Counted from the stretch's first letter, positions 40,514-50,414 are shown. The stretch: 64,000 bases of DNA from Deltaproteobacteria bacterium (GCA_029262335.1 JAJCZQ010000026.1:24443-88442), one strand, 5' to 3'. Program-made: numbers and translations. The notes: generated by a model from the letters alone, not told the origin.

Positions 40514-42481
40514 TTAGATAAAGACTATAAGTATTATTACTACGGCACCAACTGCCATCGCGGTTGCATAGTATCTTAGAAGTCCGTTCTGTGTGGAAAC
40601 AACCCTGCGGCCCGTATTTACCACCAGTGAACTTACACCGTTCACAAGTCCGTCTATCCCGTACCTGTCAAAAGTGCTAAGCTGTGAAGAGAAATGATTA
40701 AAAGGTTTAACAATCAGAGTATTGTATAGTTCGTCTACATAAAACTTAGCGTACGACCAGCCGTAAAGAGTATTTAGAGCCGGGCTTTTTGCCAGGCTGT
40801 TTAATACGGAAGGCCTTACCATGTATATATAAAATGCTGTTAATATTCCAAGCCCCGCAGCAACTATCGAAAGCAGTGCCAGCGTCCAGTGTCCAAGGAA
40901 CCTGTGTTCAAGTATTTTAAATTCGTGCTGATATATTGAAGACTGCAGGAACCTCTCTATAAGGTTACTGTCATCAATCCCGATTGTGTCTCCCATAAAC
41001 TCCGGGAAACCCAGATACCCGCCGAGCACCGACAGGAACGCAAGTATAACAAGCGGTATGGTCATTGACATTGGTGACTCATGGACATGGCTTTCTACCT
41101 TTGGCGCCATCCTGCTTTTACCTTCAAAGGTAAGGAAATACAGCCTCATCATATAAAAAGCCGTAAGGCCTGCGGTAATTAAGCCTATAAGCCAGAAAAC
41201 CGTATATCCCTCGTCATAAACTATTGCGAGAATGCTGTCTTTACTGAAAAACCCTGAGAGTAACGGCACACCTGCTATTGCCAGCGTACCAACAAGAAAT
41301 GTAAGTGCTGTAAGTGGTATATATTTTCTAAGCCCGCCCATGTTGCGAATATCCTGCTCACCCGAAAGGGAATGAATAACGCTTCCTGATCCAAGAAACA
41401 GCAGTGCTTTAAAAAATGCATGAGTAACTACGTGAAATATTGCTACGGCATAAGCTCCAACGCCAATTGCCATAAACATATAACCGAGCTGGCTGACTGT
41501 AGAATATGCCAGGACTTTTTTTATGTCGTTTTGTGTAATAGCGATAGCCGCTGCAAAAAATGCAGTGAATGCAGCTACTACCAGTACTACAAACTGTGCA
41601 GTGGGTGACATTGTGAATATCAGGTTGCACCTTGCACCAAGATAAACACCGGCCGTTACCATTGTAGCAGCGTGTATTAATGCACTTACCGCAGTAGGGC
41701 CTGCCATTGCGTCCGGAAGCCATACAAACAGCGGAAACTGGGCCGATTTACCTACAGCTCCCACAAAAAGAAGTAGCGCAATTGCTGTTATGGATGCCAT
41801 TGATATGGACTGCACAAAATTAGCATCGGCAAGTTTTCCGAACACTTCCTGGTAATTTAAAGTCCCAAAAACCATGAATATTAAAAATATTGCCAGTATA
41901 AAGCCAAAGTCCCCAATCCTGTTTACAATAAATGCCTTTCTTCCGGCGTATGCCTTTTCGTTATCTTCAAACCAAAAACCAATTAGCAGGTAAGAAGCCA
42001 GTCCTACGCCTTCCCACCCTACAAACATCATTGCAAAGTTATCACCAAGCACCAGGATCATCATGAAAAATACGAATAGATTGAGGTATGTAAAATAACG
42101 CGCATAAGATTTGTCATGCTTCATATAACCAACAGAGTAGACATGTATTAAAAAACCTACCCATGTGATCACAAGTGACATTACAGCTGCAAGGGAATCA
42201 AAAAGGAATGAAAATTTTACATCGAGTTCGCCCGAAGGGATCCACGTATATACGTCCTGGATAAACAACCTGTCCGCCGGCGCAAGCCCAAGCAGTCTGA
42301 AAAATAGAATTGTGGATACAATCGCAGAAAGTAAAACTGCAAAGCAGCCAATAAAACCTACGGCTTTCTTTTCCCAGCTTTCTGTATTGTTTCCAAAAAT
42401 AATCTTTTTTAACGGGGTGGCAAATAAAAGCCCGTTTATTATGGCGCCTATTAATGGAAAGAGTACGATGTAAGAAATCAT
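40514..42481 (-). CDS. nuoL: NADH-quinone oxidoreductase subunit L
   Basis: GWEGVG, NRIGD, KSAQ.PL..WLPDAM.GPT and HAFFK motifs. Confidence 0.96.
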   Translation of the reverse strand: MISYIVLFPLIGAIINGLLFATPLKKIIFGNNTESWEKKAVGFIGCFAVLLSAIVSTILFFRLLGLAPADRLFIQDVYTWIPSGELDVKFSFLFDSLAAVMSLVITWVGFLIHVYSVGYMKHDKSYARYFTYLNLFVFFMMILVLGDNFAMMFVGWEGVGLASYLLIGFWFEDNEKAYAGRKAFIVNRIGDFGFILAIFLIFMVFGTLNYQEVFGKLADANFVQSISMASITAIALLLFVGAVGKSAQFPLFVWLPDAMAGPTAVSALIHAATMVTAGVYLGARCNLIFTMSPTAQFVVLVVAAFTAFFAAAIAITQNDIKKVLAYSTVSQLGYMFMAIGVGAYAVAIFHVVTHAFFKALLFLGSGSVIHSLSGEQDIRNMGGLRKYIPLTALTFLVGTLAIAGVPLLSGFFSKDSILAIVYDEGYTVFWLIGLITAGLTAFYMMRLYFLTFEGKSRMAPKVESHVHESPMSMTIPLVILAFLSVLGGYLGFPEFMGDTIGIDDSNLIERFLQSSIYQHEFKILEHRFLGHWTLALLSIVAAGLGILTAFYIYMVRPSVLNSLAKSPALNTLYGWSYAKFYVDELYNTLIVKPFNHFSSQLSTFDRYGIDGLVNGVSSLVVNTGRRVVSTQNGLLRYYATAMAVGAVVIILIVFI

Positions 42482-42496
42482 TTTATTCTAAAAAAC

Positions 42497-42802
42497 CTAA
42501 CCCCTGAGAAGTTTTAATATATCAATATCGAGACTGTTATTGTGGTTATAAATCAGTACAACAAAAGCAAGGCCCACAGCCACTTCCGCGGCCGCTACGG
42601 TAATAGCCATTATCATAAAAATCTGACCGGTAAGATCACCCAGAAAATAAGCAAAGGAAATAAAAGCAAGGTTACAGGAATTAAGCATAAGCTCGAGCGA
42701 CATCAGCACAACAATAAGGTTGCGCCTTGTAAGCACACCATATGTACCAATCACAAAAAGTATCACACTTAAGACAATGTAATGGTTTAATGTAACTTCC
42801 AT
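42497..42802 (-). CDS. nuoK: NADH-quinone oxidoreductase subunit K
   Basis: RRN, ELML and AAAEVAVG motifs. Confidence 0.96.
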   Translation of the reverse strand: MEVTLNHYIVLSVILFVIGTYGVLTRRNLIVVLMSLELMLNSCNLAFISFAYFLGDLTGQIFMIMAITVAAAEVAVGLAFVVLIYNHNNSLDIDILKLLRG

Positions 42803-43305
42803 TATGAGCTTTTACTCCTTTTAGCTATCGTCACAACACCAATTATGGCAACTATTATCAACACAGATGTAAGTTCAAAAGGCAGCAGGAATTCTGTAAA
42901 CAGTTCTCTTCCCACACTCTCCACTGAACCAAAATTTTCTATTTCCGGAGCTTTTTGTCCTGAGTTAACTATCAGCTTGGATCCAAAAAAACCTGCTACT
43001 GCAATTATAACGAAGAGGAAGGTCACTTTTTTCGCAATGTTTCTGCCGTCAAACTGCATTGCATCTTCTTTAATATTCAAAAACATAACTGTGAAAAGAA
43101 ACAGGACAATTATTGCGCCGGCATATACAAGTACCTGGATAACGGCTATAAACTGGGCCCTCAGCAGAATAAACAGCACTGCGGTAAAAAAGAAGGTAAG
43201 TACCATCGATATTGCACTTGCAACAGGGTTCTTATGTGTAACAACAATAATCGAACCAAATATACAAAGTGCCGCAAATATGTAGAAAACCAGGGCTTCA
43301 GCCAA
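42802..43305 (-). CDS. nuoJ: NADH-quinone oxidoreductase subunit J
   Basis: QVLVYAGAI and PFELTS motifs. Confidence 0.95.
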   Translation of the reverse strand: MAEALVFYIFAALCIFGSIIVVTHKNPVASAISMVLTFFFTAVLFILLRAQFIAVIQVLVYAGAIIVLFLFTVMFLNIKEDAMQFDGRNIAKKVTFLFVIIAVAGFFGSKLIVNSGQKAPEIENFGSVESVGRELFTEFLLPFELTSVLIIVAIIGVVTIAKRSKSS

Positions 43306-43338
43306 AACTCACTCCAAAATTTTTTGTTTCCTTATTAA

Positions 43339-43987
43339 TGTCATTCCCGGCTACGATCGGGAATCCAGAAAGGTTAATTAATATAACTGTCTGCAATAGA
43401 AATGTTATACATTTCAGTGCGATACTTTCGAAATAAAACTGCCATTATTATTTATAAATCTGCAATATTTTGCAGGCAAAAAAATCAGTCCTGAAAATTA
43501 TATTTATTATGAAAATATAGTCAAACTATTGTTCTCACTTTATATACATATACAAATTTATTACAAAATTTCTATGCTAATTACTAATGTACTAATCTTT
43601 TATGTTTTCACGACATTACAGAAATTTCGTAAAGAAAATAGATTATTAAGGCGTTAATAATCTTATTCGGGATGGGGCGGAATAATAAGATTTAGCCGTA
43701 ATGATTTATTTTTAGATTATTTCTGTTCAGTCGTGTGATTTTTGCTTCTTTTCATCAAGGAAAAGAAGGAGGAAATATTTTTAAAACTGATTCGAATTTG
43801 AGACTCGGTTTTTTACCCCGGATTATATGGTTTAAATGTGAGAGATTTAAAACACAGATTCTCACGGTCGTTTCACTCCCTCAGAATGACAAACGTTTTC
43901 CTACCCCCTGAGGGATAACTATGATTTAAAAGATATATCACAAATATTTTTATCCCCCTCGAGGGGGGAGGACTAAGGTGGGGGTGA
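43339..43987. repeat. Cluster of REP-like palindromic elements
   Basis: TGTCATTCCCG..CGGGAATCCAG (43339-68), GATTC..CAGAATGACA (43857-91), TCCCCCTCGAGGGGGGA..GGTGGGGGT (43953-87), CTTCTTTTC..GAAAAGAAG (about 43746-69). Confidence 0.5.
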
Positions 43988-44012
43988 TACGGTTTATACT
44001 ACTTCTATTCTT

Positions 44013-44678
44013 TTACCTATTCCTCTCCACCCCTAACTTATTACAGTATTTCTCAATTGGACACCTGCTGCAAAATGGCGACACCGGACGGCAAAGATGC
44101 TGCCCAAATGATACAAGTATATAGTTGTAATCTATCCAGAATTTCTTTGGCAGTTTGTCCCTTAAGACCATCTCGGTCTGATCAGGGGATTTTGTATTGA
44201 TATATCCAAGCCTGTTTGAAATCCGGTGTACATGTATGTCCACACATATTCCGGGTTTATTAAATCCCACTGTAATTACAAGATTTGCAGTCTTACGCCC
44301 TACCCCTTCAAATTTAAGCAGTTCATCAAGGTCATCCGGCACTTTTGAATTGTAGTCAGATATAAGTGTTTTACACAGATTTATAATATTTTTTGCTTTT
44401 ACATTATAGAACCCCACCGGGTAGATAAGCTTTGCTACCTTTTTCTGTCCCAGTTTTACAATCTCTTCCGGAGTTGAAGCTTTAGCAAATAACCTTTTTG
44501 AAGCATCTGCAGTTGTATCGTCTTTTGTCCTGAGACTAAGAATAGTTGAAACCAATACTTTAAAGGGGTCCCCGGTAGAAACTGCCATAAAGTTTATTAT
44601 AGGAACGTCCCATTTCTTTACTTCTTTTCCAAGGATTTTTATTACTTTACTTATATCTTTATCTTCAAACTCTGGCAT
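44013..44678 (-). CDS. nth: Endonuclease III
   Basis: HhH GVGRKTAN, VD.HV and the FeS motif C-x6-C-x2-C-x5-C. Confidence 0.95.
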   Translation of the reverse strand: MPEFEDKDISKVIKILGKEVKKWDVPIINFMAVSTGDPFKVLVSTILSLRTKDDTTADASKRLFAKASTPEEIVKLGQKKVAKLIYPVGFYNVKAKNIINLCKTLISDYNSKVPDDLDELLKFEGVGRKTANLVITVGFNKPGICVDIHVHRISNRLGYINTKSPDQTEMVLRDKLPKKFWIDYNYILVSFGQHLCRPVSPFCSRCPIEKYCNKLGVERNR

Positions 44679-44723
44679 AAGGGAATAAATATATCCGGCT
44701 TAGAAGGAAGTAATAAGATTGAA

Positions 44724-44800
44724 AGAAAAAAGGGACCGACGCAGGGTCAGTGGCCGGCCCCTGTCCTTAATGGTAAACATTAAGGAGGTTTTAACATTTC
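44724..44800 (-). ncRNA. Candidate sRNA (3' part) with anti-SD complementary to the pilin RBS
   Basis: UGUUAAAACCUCC, a hairpin, then a GC-rich terminator GGGGCCGGC/GUCGGUCCC with U6. G-U pairs favour the minus strand. Confidence 0.45.
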
Positions 44801-44883
44801 TAATTATAAACTTACTTAATAAATATTACAATATATTATATTTTAAATTTTCAATATTTCATATATTTCTATACATCTAATTA

Positions 44884-44899
44884 TGGCATGTTAATTGCC
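44884..44899 (+). promoter_or_regulatory. Second (distal) sigma54-like site, near-palindromic
   Basis: TGGCATGTTAATTGCC. GG-N10-GC is readable on both strands. Confidence 0.5.
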
Positions 44900-45039
44900 C
44901 TCACCAGGAATCCATACAAAAATTGTCACGAGACTGCAACTGTTTGCAAACACCCCTGTAAATAAAATACTTATTAGTTATTTAATATATTGTGTATATA
45001 CTATTATCATTATTAGATAATTAGGCAATACTTTATATA

Positions 45040-45055
45040 TGGCACGCACATTGCA
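45040..45055 (+). promoter_or_regulatory. sigma54 promoter of the pilin gene
   Basis: TGGCACGCACATTGCA, a near-perfect consensus match. Confidence 0.85.
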
Positions 45056-45095
45056 ATAACTAATTATCAAATTTAATTTCATGGAGGTTTAAACA

Positions 45096-45725
45096 ATGTT
45101 TAAACAAATGAGAAATAGTAAGGGTGAAAAAGGTTTTACCCTGATCGAGCTTTTGGTTGTAGCGGCTATCATCGGAATCCTGCTTGCTTTAGCAATTCCA
45201 AACCTTCTTAAGGCAAGAATATCTGCGAATGAAGCAAATGCAGCAAAAATGATGCAGACATTAAGAGATGCTGAAGGAGAGTATTTTGAGCAGGATTTAA
45301 ATGATCTTAATGGTAGAGATTATACAGATCAGATTGGCCCTGTTGCATTAGGTACGGCAAATACACTTCGTGATCCTGACGGCCTTGCAACTAATGAACT
45401 GGACTCCTTAATCGATTCATCTTTTGTAGGTGCAGATGAAGCAGCTGGTGGTCCAACGGGCCAGGGCACCGCAGGTAATGCCTGCCTAACACCTAAAGCC
45501 GGGTACTGCATTGCTTATGATACTGCAAACGCACCTGCTGTAAACAATATATTTCAGGGTTATGGATGGACTGCTTCTATGGTGTCATTTAATAGGACAG
45601 GCAGGAATAATTATGCTGTTTATACAGACGGCGTAATCAGATGCGACTTAGAAGATGCTGGAACAACTGCAAGCGGGCAACCGGGTACTTATACTGCTGA
45701 TGTAACTTCACCTGGATGTAATTAA
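45096..45725 (+). CDS. pilA: Type IV pilin
   Basis: Prepilin site KG|FTLIELL with E5 and C-terminal Cys pairs. Confidence 0.88.
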   Translation: MFKQMRNSKGEKGFTLIELLVVAAIIGILLALAIPNLLKARISANEANAAKMMQTLRDAEGEYFEQDLNDLNGRDYTDQIGPVALGTANTLRDPDGLATNELDSLIDSSFVGADEAAGGPTGQGTAGNACLTPKAGYCIAYDTANAPAVNNIFQGYGWTASMVSFNRTGRNNYAVYTDGVIRCDLEDAGTTASGQPGTYTADVTSPGCN

Positions 45726-45772
45726 AACTAATATTATAGGGGGCAGAGATAATAAACTGCTCCCTTTTAATT

Positions 45773-46684
45773 ATGATTAATAAAATTTTTAATAACAGTT
45801 ATTTATGCCTTTTATTTATTTTATTATTATTGGCACTTTCAATCCCATTCCAAAAAAAAATTGATAATGAAAGAAGCAATTTTCGATCAATAGAAAATAT
45901 AGTTTTATTATCCCCTAAAACTTTAAAAATAATGTCATTAGGTTTTGACAATTTAGTTGCTGATATCTATTGGCTGAGAGCTGTACAATATTTTGGTAAC
46001 CCGGAAATACCAAAGAATTTAAAAGACCCTGAATTAGTATATAAATACTTTGATATTATTACCGAGCTCGATCCTAAGTTTGTAAACGCATATAGATATG
46101 GTGGGACTTTCATTTCGGACCCTTTGCCTTTTGGCTTAAATCGACTTGATATAGGTACAAATTTATTTGATAAAGGCCAAATAAATAATCCAGATAATTT
46201 CAGAATTCCTTTGGAACATGGTTTTCAATACTTTTTTTATTCTGATAATAAAGAAAAAGCTTCAGAATTGTTTAAAGAAGCGTCAGAAAAACCTAACTTA
46301 AAAGAAAAAAGAAGGGCTTCAATAAAGGGAATGGCGGCATCAGCATTAGATAAAGGCGGTAACCGGGAGCTTTCAAAGAAAATCTGGCAGGAAATCCATG
46401 ATTCAACCCAGAATGAAGGAAGGAGAAACTTTGCTTTACTCAATCTTAAAGAGTTAAACACAAAGGACCTTGAAGACAAGCTCACAGGATTTGCAAATAA
46501 ATACGAAGAAACTTATGGCTCATTTCCAAAAAATGTAGAAGAACTTTTAATTCTTAAAGAAGTTAAAAAGATACCAAAAGACCATGAAGGACTGGTTTTT
46601 TATATTGATCCGGAAACTAAAACAGTAAAAAGCACTGCACTCAACAAGCACCTTATTTCAACAAAAGCAGAAGATTCAAAATAA
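45773..46684 (+). CDS. Pilin-associated TPR-like membrane-anchored protein
   Basis: One TM helix, LGF.NLVAD.YWLR..QY motif typical of genes following pilA in deltaproteobacteria. Confidence 0.7.
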   Translation: MINKIFNNSYLCLLFILLLLALSIPFQKKIDNERSNFRSIENIVLLSPKTLKIMSLGFDNLVADIYWLRAVQYFGNPEIPKNLKDPELVYKYFDIITELDPKFVNAYRYGGTFISDPLPFGLNRLDIGTNLFDKGQINNPDNFRIPLEHGFQYFFYSDNKEKASELFKEASEKPNLKEKRRASIKGMAASALDKGGNRELSKKIWQEIHDSTQNEGRRNFALLNLKELNTKDLEDKLTGFANKYEETYGSFPKNVEELLILKEVKKIPKDHEGLVFYIDPETKTVKSTALNKHLISTKAEDSK

Positions 46685-46748
46685 CATTAGAATTTTTTGT
46701 TTAATTGTTCTATACTGGATATTAACAATAAACCTTATGGAGGGAATT

Positions 46749-46967
46749 ATGTTAGCCAGAATTCTTACTATTACCATTGCATTAACTTTCGTTACAGCAT
46801 TTTATTCATTCGCACAGGATGAAGTTGTAGTTGAAGAAGAAGTAGCAGTAGAAGCTGTTGTAGAAGACGGTGAAGTAGTAGCTGCTGAGGTTGAAGAAGA
46901 AGTTGTTGTTGAAGAAAAAGGTAGTTCCGGCCTGCTTGGCGGAGTGATCCTAAACGGTTTTATCTAA
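46749..46967 (+). CDS. Small secreted Glu/Val-rich protein
   Basis: SD GGAGG, signal peptide ending SFA, mature part VVVEEEVAVEAVVE.... Confidence 0.7.
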   Translation: MLARILTITIALTFVTAFYSFAQDEVVVEEEVAVEAVVEDGEVVAAEVEEEVVVEEKGSSGLLGGVILNGFI

Positions 46968-46987
46968 ATCCCGAATATTATACCAAA

Positions 46988-47018
46988 AACAAACCCGGGA
47001 TATTAATTCCGGGTTTGT
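46988..47018. terminator. Intrinsic terminator
   Basis: ACAAACCCGG...CCGGGTTTGT hairpin between convergent genes. Confidence 0.7.
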
Positions 47019-47033
47019 CCTAATATCATTAAT

Positions 47034-47432
47034 CTAATCTGTAGTGTGAGAATCTATTACATTTAATTTTTTGTGAGAAATTGGCTCTCTCAAAAGTGTT
47101 TTTAATCTGTCCAGTACTTCATCCCTGGCTTCAGTACTGTGCCATTCGTGGACAGTATTTCCCTTTTTAAAAAAAGAGACTGCTATTACTTCGTTATTTT
47201 CTTTGTCTTCCAGAAAATATGTGATCCTGTCCTGCCCCGATTCTTCCATTGCTTTACCAAAACCTTCTGCATGAATTATTTTGGCTTTTTCAAACTCACC
47301 TGGTTTATATTTTGCGCTGTATATTGCTACCTCATCACCATCTTCAGGCAGACAGTCATAATCATTACACCCAAGTATTCCCGCGGAAATAAATAAAATA
47401 AAAATAAAGAATAAACCGGAATTAATTTTCAT
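47034..47432 (-). CDS. Lipoprotein with ABM/dimeric alpha-beta barrel-like domain
   Basis: Lipobox ILGC and K.KPGEF...W..S pattern. Confidence 0.55.
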   Translation of the reverse strand: MKINSGLFFIFILFISAGILGCNDYDCLPEDGDEVAIYSAKYKPGEFEKAKIIHAEGFGKAMEESGQDRITYFLEDKENNEVIAVSFFKKGNTVHEWHSTEARDEVLDRLKTLLREPISHKKLNVIDSHTTD

Positions 47433-47504
47433 TTATAAGTCCTCCTTTTCATTTTTTAATATAATATCAGTATAATTGTCTGAAAAAAATTCCATTGTTC
47501 ATAA

Positions 47505-48833
47505 ATGTTAGAAAAACTATTCCATCTAAAACAGTCCGGCACTGATATCAAAACCGAATCTATTGCCGGGATTACAACATTTCTCACACTCTCTTATATT
47601 ATCTTTGTACAGCCGGCAGTTCTTGGCGCCGCGGGTATGGACCAGGGTTCGGTTTTTGTAGCCACATGTGTATCTGCGGCAATTGGATGTCTGCTAATGG
47701 CATTCCTGGCAAATTATCCGATCGCATTAGCACCGGCGATGGGCCATAACTTCTACTTTTCTTATATTGTTGTATTAACACTCGGATATACGTGGCAAGT
47801 TGCCCTTGGTGCAGTGTTTGTTGCAGGGGTTCTTTTTATCCTGCTTTCCGCAGTAGGCCTGCGGGAAGCACTGGTAAACAACATCCCCGGGTGTATGAAT
47901 AACGGTATTCCCGTAGGTATCGGACTTCTTATTGCCCTGGTTGGCCTTGAATGGTCTGGGATTGTTATAAATCACCCCGTAACTTATGTCACACTTGGTG
48001 ATCTAACATCAACTCCTACTGCACTCTCATTATTCGGTCTGATGGTGATCTCATGCTTAATTGCACTAAGGTTCAGGGGAGCAATACTTGCCGGCTTTAT
48101 TCTTACAACAATACTTGGACTGTATTTTGGTATCGTTGAATACAAGGGGATATTCAGCACGCCCCCATCTCTTGACCCTACCCTGTTTAAACTCGAAATC
48201 CCTAATATCTTCGCATATCCAAACCTTATAACTGTAATTATCATCTTCTTTTTTCTCGACCTGTTTGATTCTATAGGAACATTGATCGGCGTTACCCAGC
48301 AGGCAGGTATCATGAAAGACGACAAACTTCCAAAAGCAAAGGAATGCCTGCTCTCTGATGCTGTTGCCACAAGTGCGGGAGCAGCACTCGGGACTTCATC
48401 TGTTACAGCATATATTGAAAGTGCCGCCGGAATATCAGTAGGTGGAAAAACGGGTTTAACTGCTGTAGTAGTTGCACTCTTAATGATTCTGGCACTATTT
48501 TTCAGCCCTCTTGTTGAAATGGTCGGATCGGGTTATAAGATAAGCGACCAGGTCACTCTTTACCCGGTAATAGCCCCTGCCCTTATAATTGTAGGTGCTT
48601 TTATGTTTAAGAGCATTACAAGGATTGACTGGAACGATTACACTGAAGCAATCCCGGCATTCCTGACAATTATCATGATGCCGCTTTCATTCAGCATTAC
48701 TGAAGGCATCTCATTTGGATTGATTTCATATGTTTTTTTAAAACTAATCACGGGAAAAGGAAAAACAGTCCACTGGCTAATCTACACCTTTGCCCTGCTT
48801 TTTATTTTGAGATATATCTTTATTTCAAATTAA
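47505..48833 (+). CDS. NCS2/AzgA-family purine permease
   Basis: AGITTFLT..YI, APAMG, FD..GT and YIES.AG...GG.TG motifs. Confidence 0.92.
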   Translation: MLEKLFHLKQSGTDIKTESIAGITTFLTLSYIIFVQPAVLGAAGMDQGSVFVATCVSAAIGCLLMAFLANYPIALAPAMGHNFYFSYIVVLTLGYTWQVALGAVFVAGVLFILLSAVGLREALVNNIPGCMNNGIPVGIGLLIALVGLEWSGIVINHPVTYVTLGDLTSTPTALSLFGLMVISCLIALRFRGAILAGFILTTILGLYFGIVEYKGIFSTPPSLDPTLFKLEIPNIFAYPNLITVIIIFFFLDLFDSIGTLIGVTQQAGIMKDDKLPKAKECLLSDAVATSAGAALGTSSVTAYIESAAGISVGGKTGLTAVVVALLMILALFFSPLVEMVGSGYKISDQVTLYPVIAPALIIVGAFMFKSITRIDWNDYTEAIPAFLTIIMMPLSFSITEGISFGLISYVFLKLITGKGKTVHWLIYTFALLFILRYIFISN

Positions 48834-49108
48834 TAGTGGTACCTAAGCTGGGCAATGAATAAGATATCACCTTCAACCTTATAAACTATTCTATGTTCCT
48901 GGGTAATTCTTCTCGACCAGTATCCTTTTAATGCATGCTTTAATGGTTCCGGTTTTCCTAACCCGGTAAAAGGATTGCGCATAATATCTTTGATTAACTC
49001 ATTGATTCTTTTTAAATTTTTAATATCATGAGATAACCAGTATTGATAATCTTCCCATGCATTCTCATCAAAAAGAATTCTGGAAAGTTTTATTTTAGTT
49101 TTACTCAA
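48830..49108 (-). CDS. yoeB: YoeB/Txe toxin
   Basis: AWEDY.YW, GKPEPLK, WSRRI..EHR and C-terminal RYHY. Confidence 0.96.
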   Translation of the reverse strand: MSKTKIKLSRILFDENAWEDYQYWLSHDIKNLKRINELIKDIMRNPFTGLGKPEPLKHALKGYWSRRITQEHRIVYKVEGDILFIAQLRYHY

Positions 49109-49359
49109 GGCTCAATCAGTTCTTTTTCCTTACCTTTACCTGATTCCAGTCTGTTTATTGACTCAAGTAGTCTCTTCATGTTCTTCGGGCTTCTAAGCAA
49201 ATAAGCAGTTTCTTCAAGTGAATCGTATTCTTCCTGCGACATCATAACCACTGATTTACCATTTTTTCTAGTAATAGTAATAGAGGTTTTATCATTGCTG
49301 ATATTATCCATTGTCTCTGCTAAATTTTGCCTTGCATAGCTGTATGTTATAGCTTTCAT
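49105..49359 (-). CDS. yefM: YefM antitoxin
   Basis: YS.ARQNLA, ITR and [12 protein letters not shown] motifs. Confidence 0.96.
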   Translation of the reverse strand: MKAITYSYARQNLAETMDNISNDKTSITITRKNGKSVVMMSQEEYDSLEETAYLLRSPKNMKRLLESINRLESGKGKEKELIEP

Positions 49360-49397
49360 TGTACAATATACTGTACAACTATTAGATTAATTGTCAA
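49360..49397 (-). promoter_or_regulatory. yefM promoter/operator
   Basis: Two TGTACA cores 12 bp apart (49360, 49372). TTGACA-16 nt-TACAGT. Confidence 0.75.
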
Positions 49398-49918
49398 AGT
49401 TGAAAATGTGTCTATCCCCTTTTATCCCACGAAACAACTTTTTTACATTAAACTTTTTATATATTCCATAGCTTCTAATAAATAAAACCCTTTGGGTTTA
49501 GCGGGGGATAGAAGAACATATATGCTATAAATTAGGAATAAAGAAGTAAAAGAATATACAAAATATTTTAAAAATTTTTGAAAATGATAATTCTTATTTC
49601 TTTTGCTTCATAAAAATTGTAAAAATTTGCAATTAAGATCCAAATACAAAATGTGGCAACAAAATAACCTTTAATAATAAACATAAGCAGACTAAGAAGT
49701 CCGAAAAGGATAAAAATAATAAATAAGTAGTTTTAGATACTCTAAATTCTTTTAGTTTATTCATTTTTTTCATTTCTTAAGATTAAAAATTACATGAGGG
49801 CTGAACGGGACGTTACCCTTCGTACATTTTTCTATAATAATATTCAATTATATGTTCATTAAGATCTATTTTTCAAATTAAGTTACTACAGATTTAATAT
49901 TGACTATATAATTACTCC

Positions 49919-50380
49919 ATGGGTGATGGGCTATTAATTCTAAACACAGTTGTATCTTTTATTACTTTGGCACTGGTCATTGCTTTACTGTATTTACAGA
50001 TTAGGCCATTAAAGAAAAAAGAAAAAGAGGAGAAAGCACAGCTTTATAATGAAGAGGTACTGCCTTCTTTTAATTTCTTTAACGGCAAGATACACAGCAA
50101 CGGACTTGTTTCAATAAAACTCCAGAACAACGGTGCAAAGATTAAAGAATTAAGTTTAAATTCTGAAAATGAAAATATAGAGTTCAGGTGCGGGTCGGAC
50201 AAACTGGAAACTCGGGATGAAACATCTCTTAGCATAGTGCCCAGGAAGTTCAATTTTTCTGAAAACTATTTCGAGGAAAATGATGTACTCTTCAATATTA
50301 AATACATTTCCCTGCTAAACGATCAGATGGAAGAAAAATTCAAAATGGAAAACATCAACTCCATAGTAAAAATCAGCTAA
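49919..50380 (+). CDS. Membrane-anchored hypothetical protein
   Basis: N-terminal TM helix, 153 aa. Confidence 0.65.
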   Translation: MGDGLLILNTVVSFITLALVIALLYLQIRPLKKKEKEEKAQLYNEEVLPSFNFFNGKIHSNGLVSIKLQNNGAKIKELSLNSENENIEFRCGSDKLETRDETSLSIVPRKFNFSENYFEENDVLFNIKYISLLNDQMEEKFKMENINSIVKIS

Positions 50381-50414
50381 AAAAAAGGGCCAGATCCTTT
50401 TGAGACCTGGCCCC
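50379..50414 (-). terminator. Intrinsic terminator of the sigma factor gene
   Basis: Minus strand GGGGCCAGGTC..GATCTGGCCC followed by a U-tract. Confidence 0.75.

Noticed and set aside
45096-45725. Conductive e-pilin
   Set aside because: This is a long pilin with few aromatics in the N-terminal helix, unlike short aromatic-dense e-pilins.
49400-49800. Possible decayed membrane-protein gene on the minus strand
   Set aside because: Hydrophobic fragments are broken by stops in very AT-rich DNA, and no family is recognisable.
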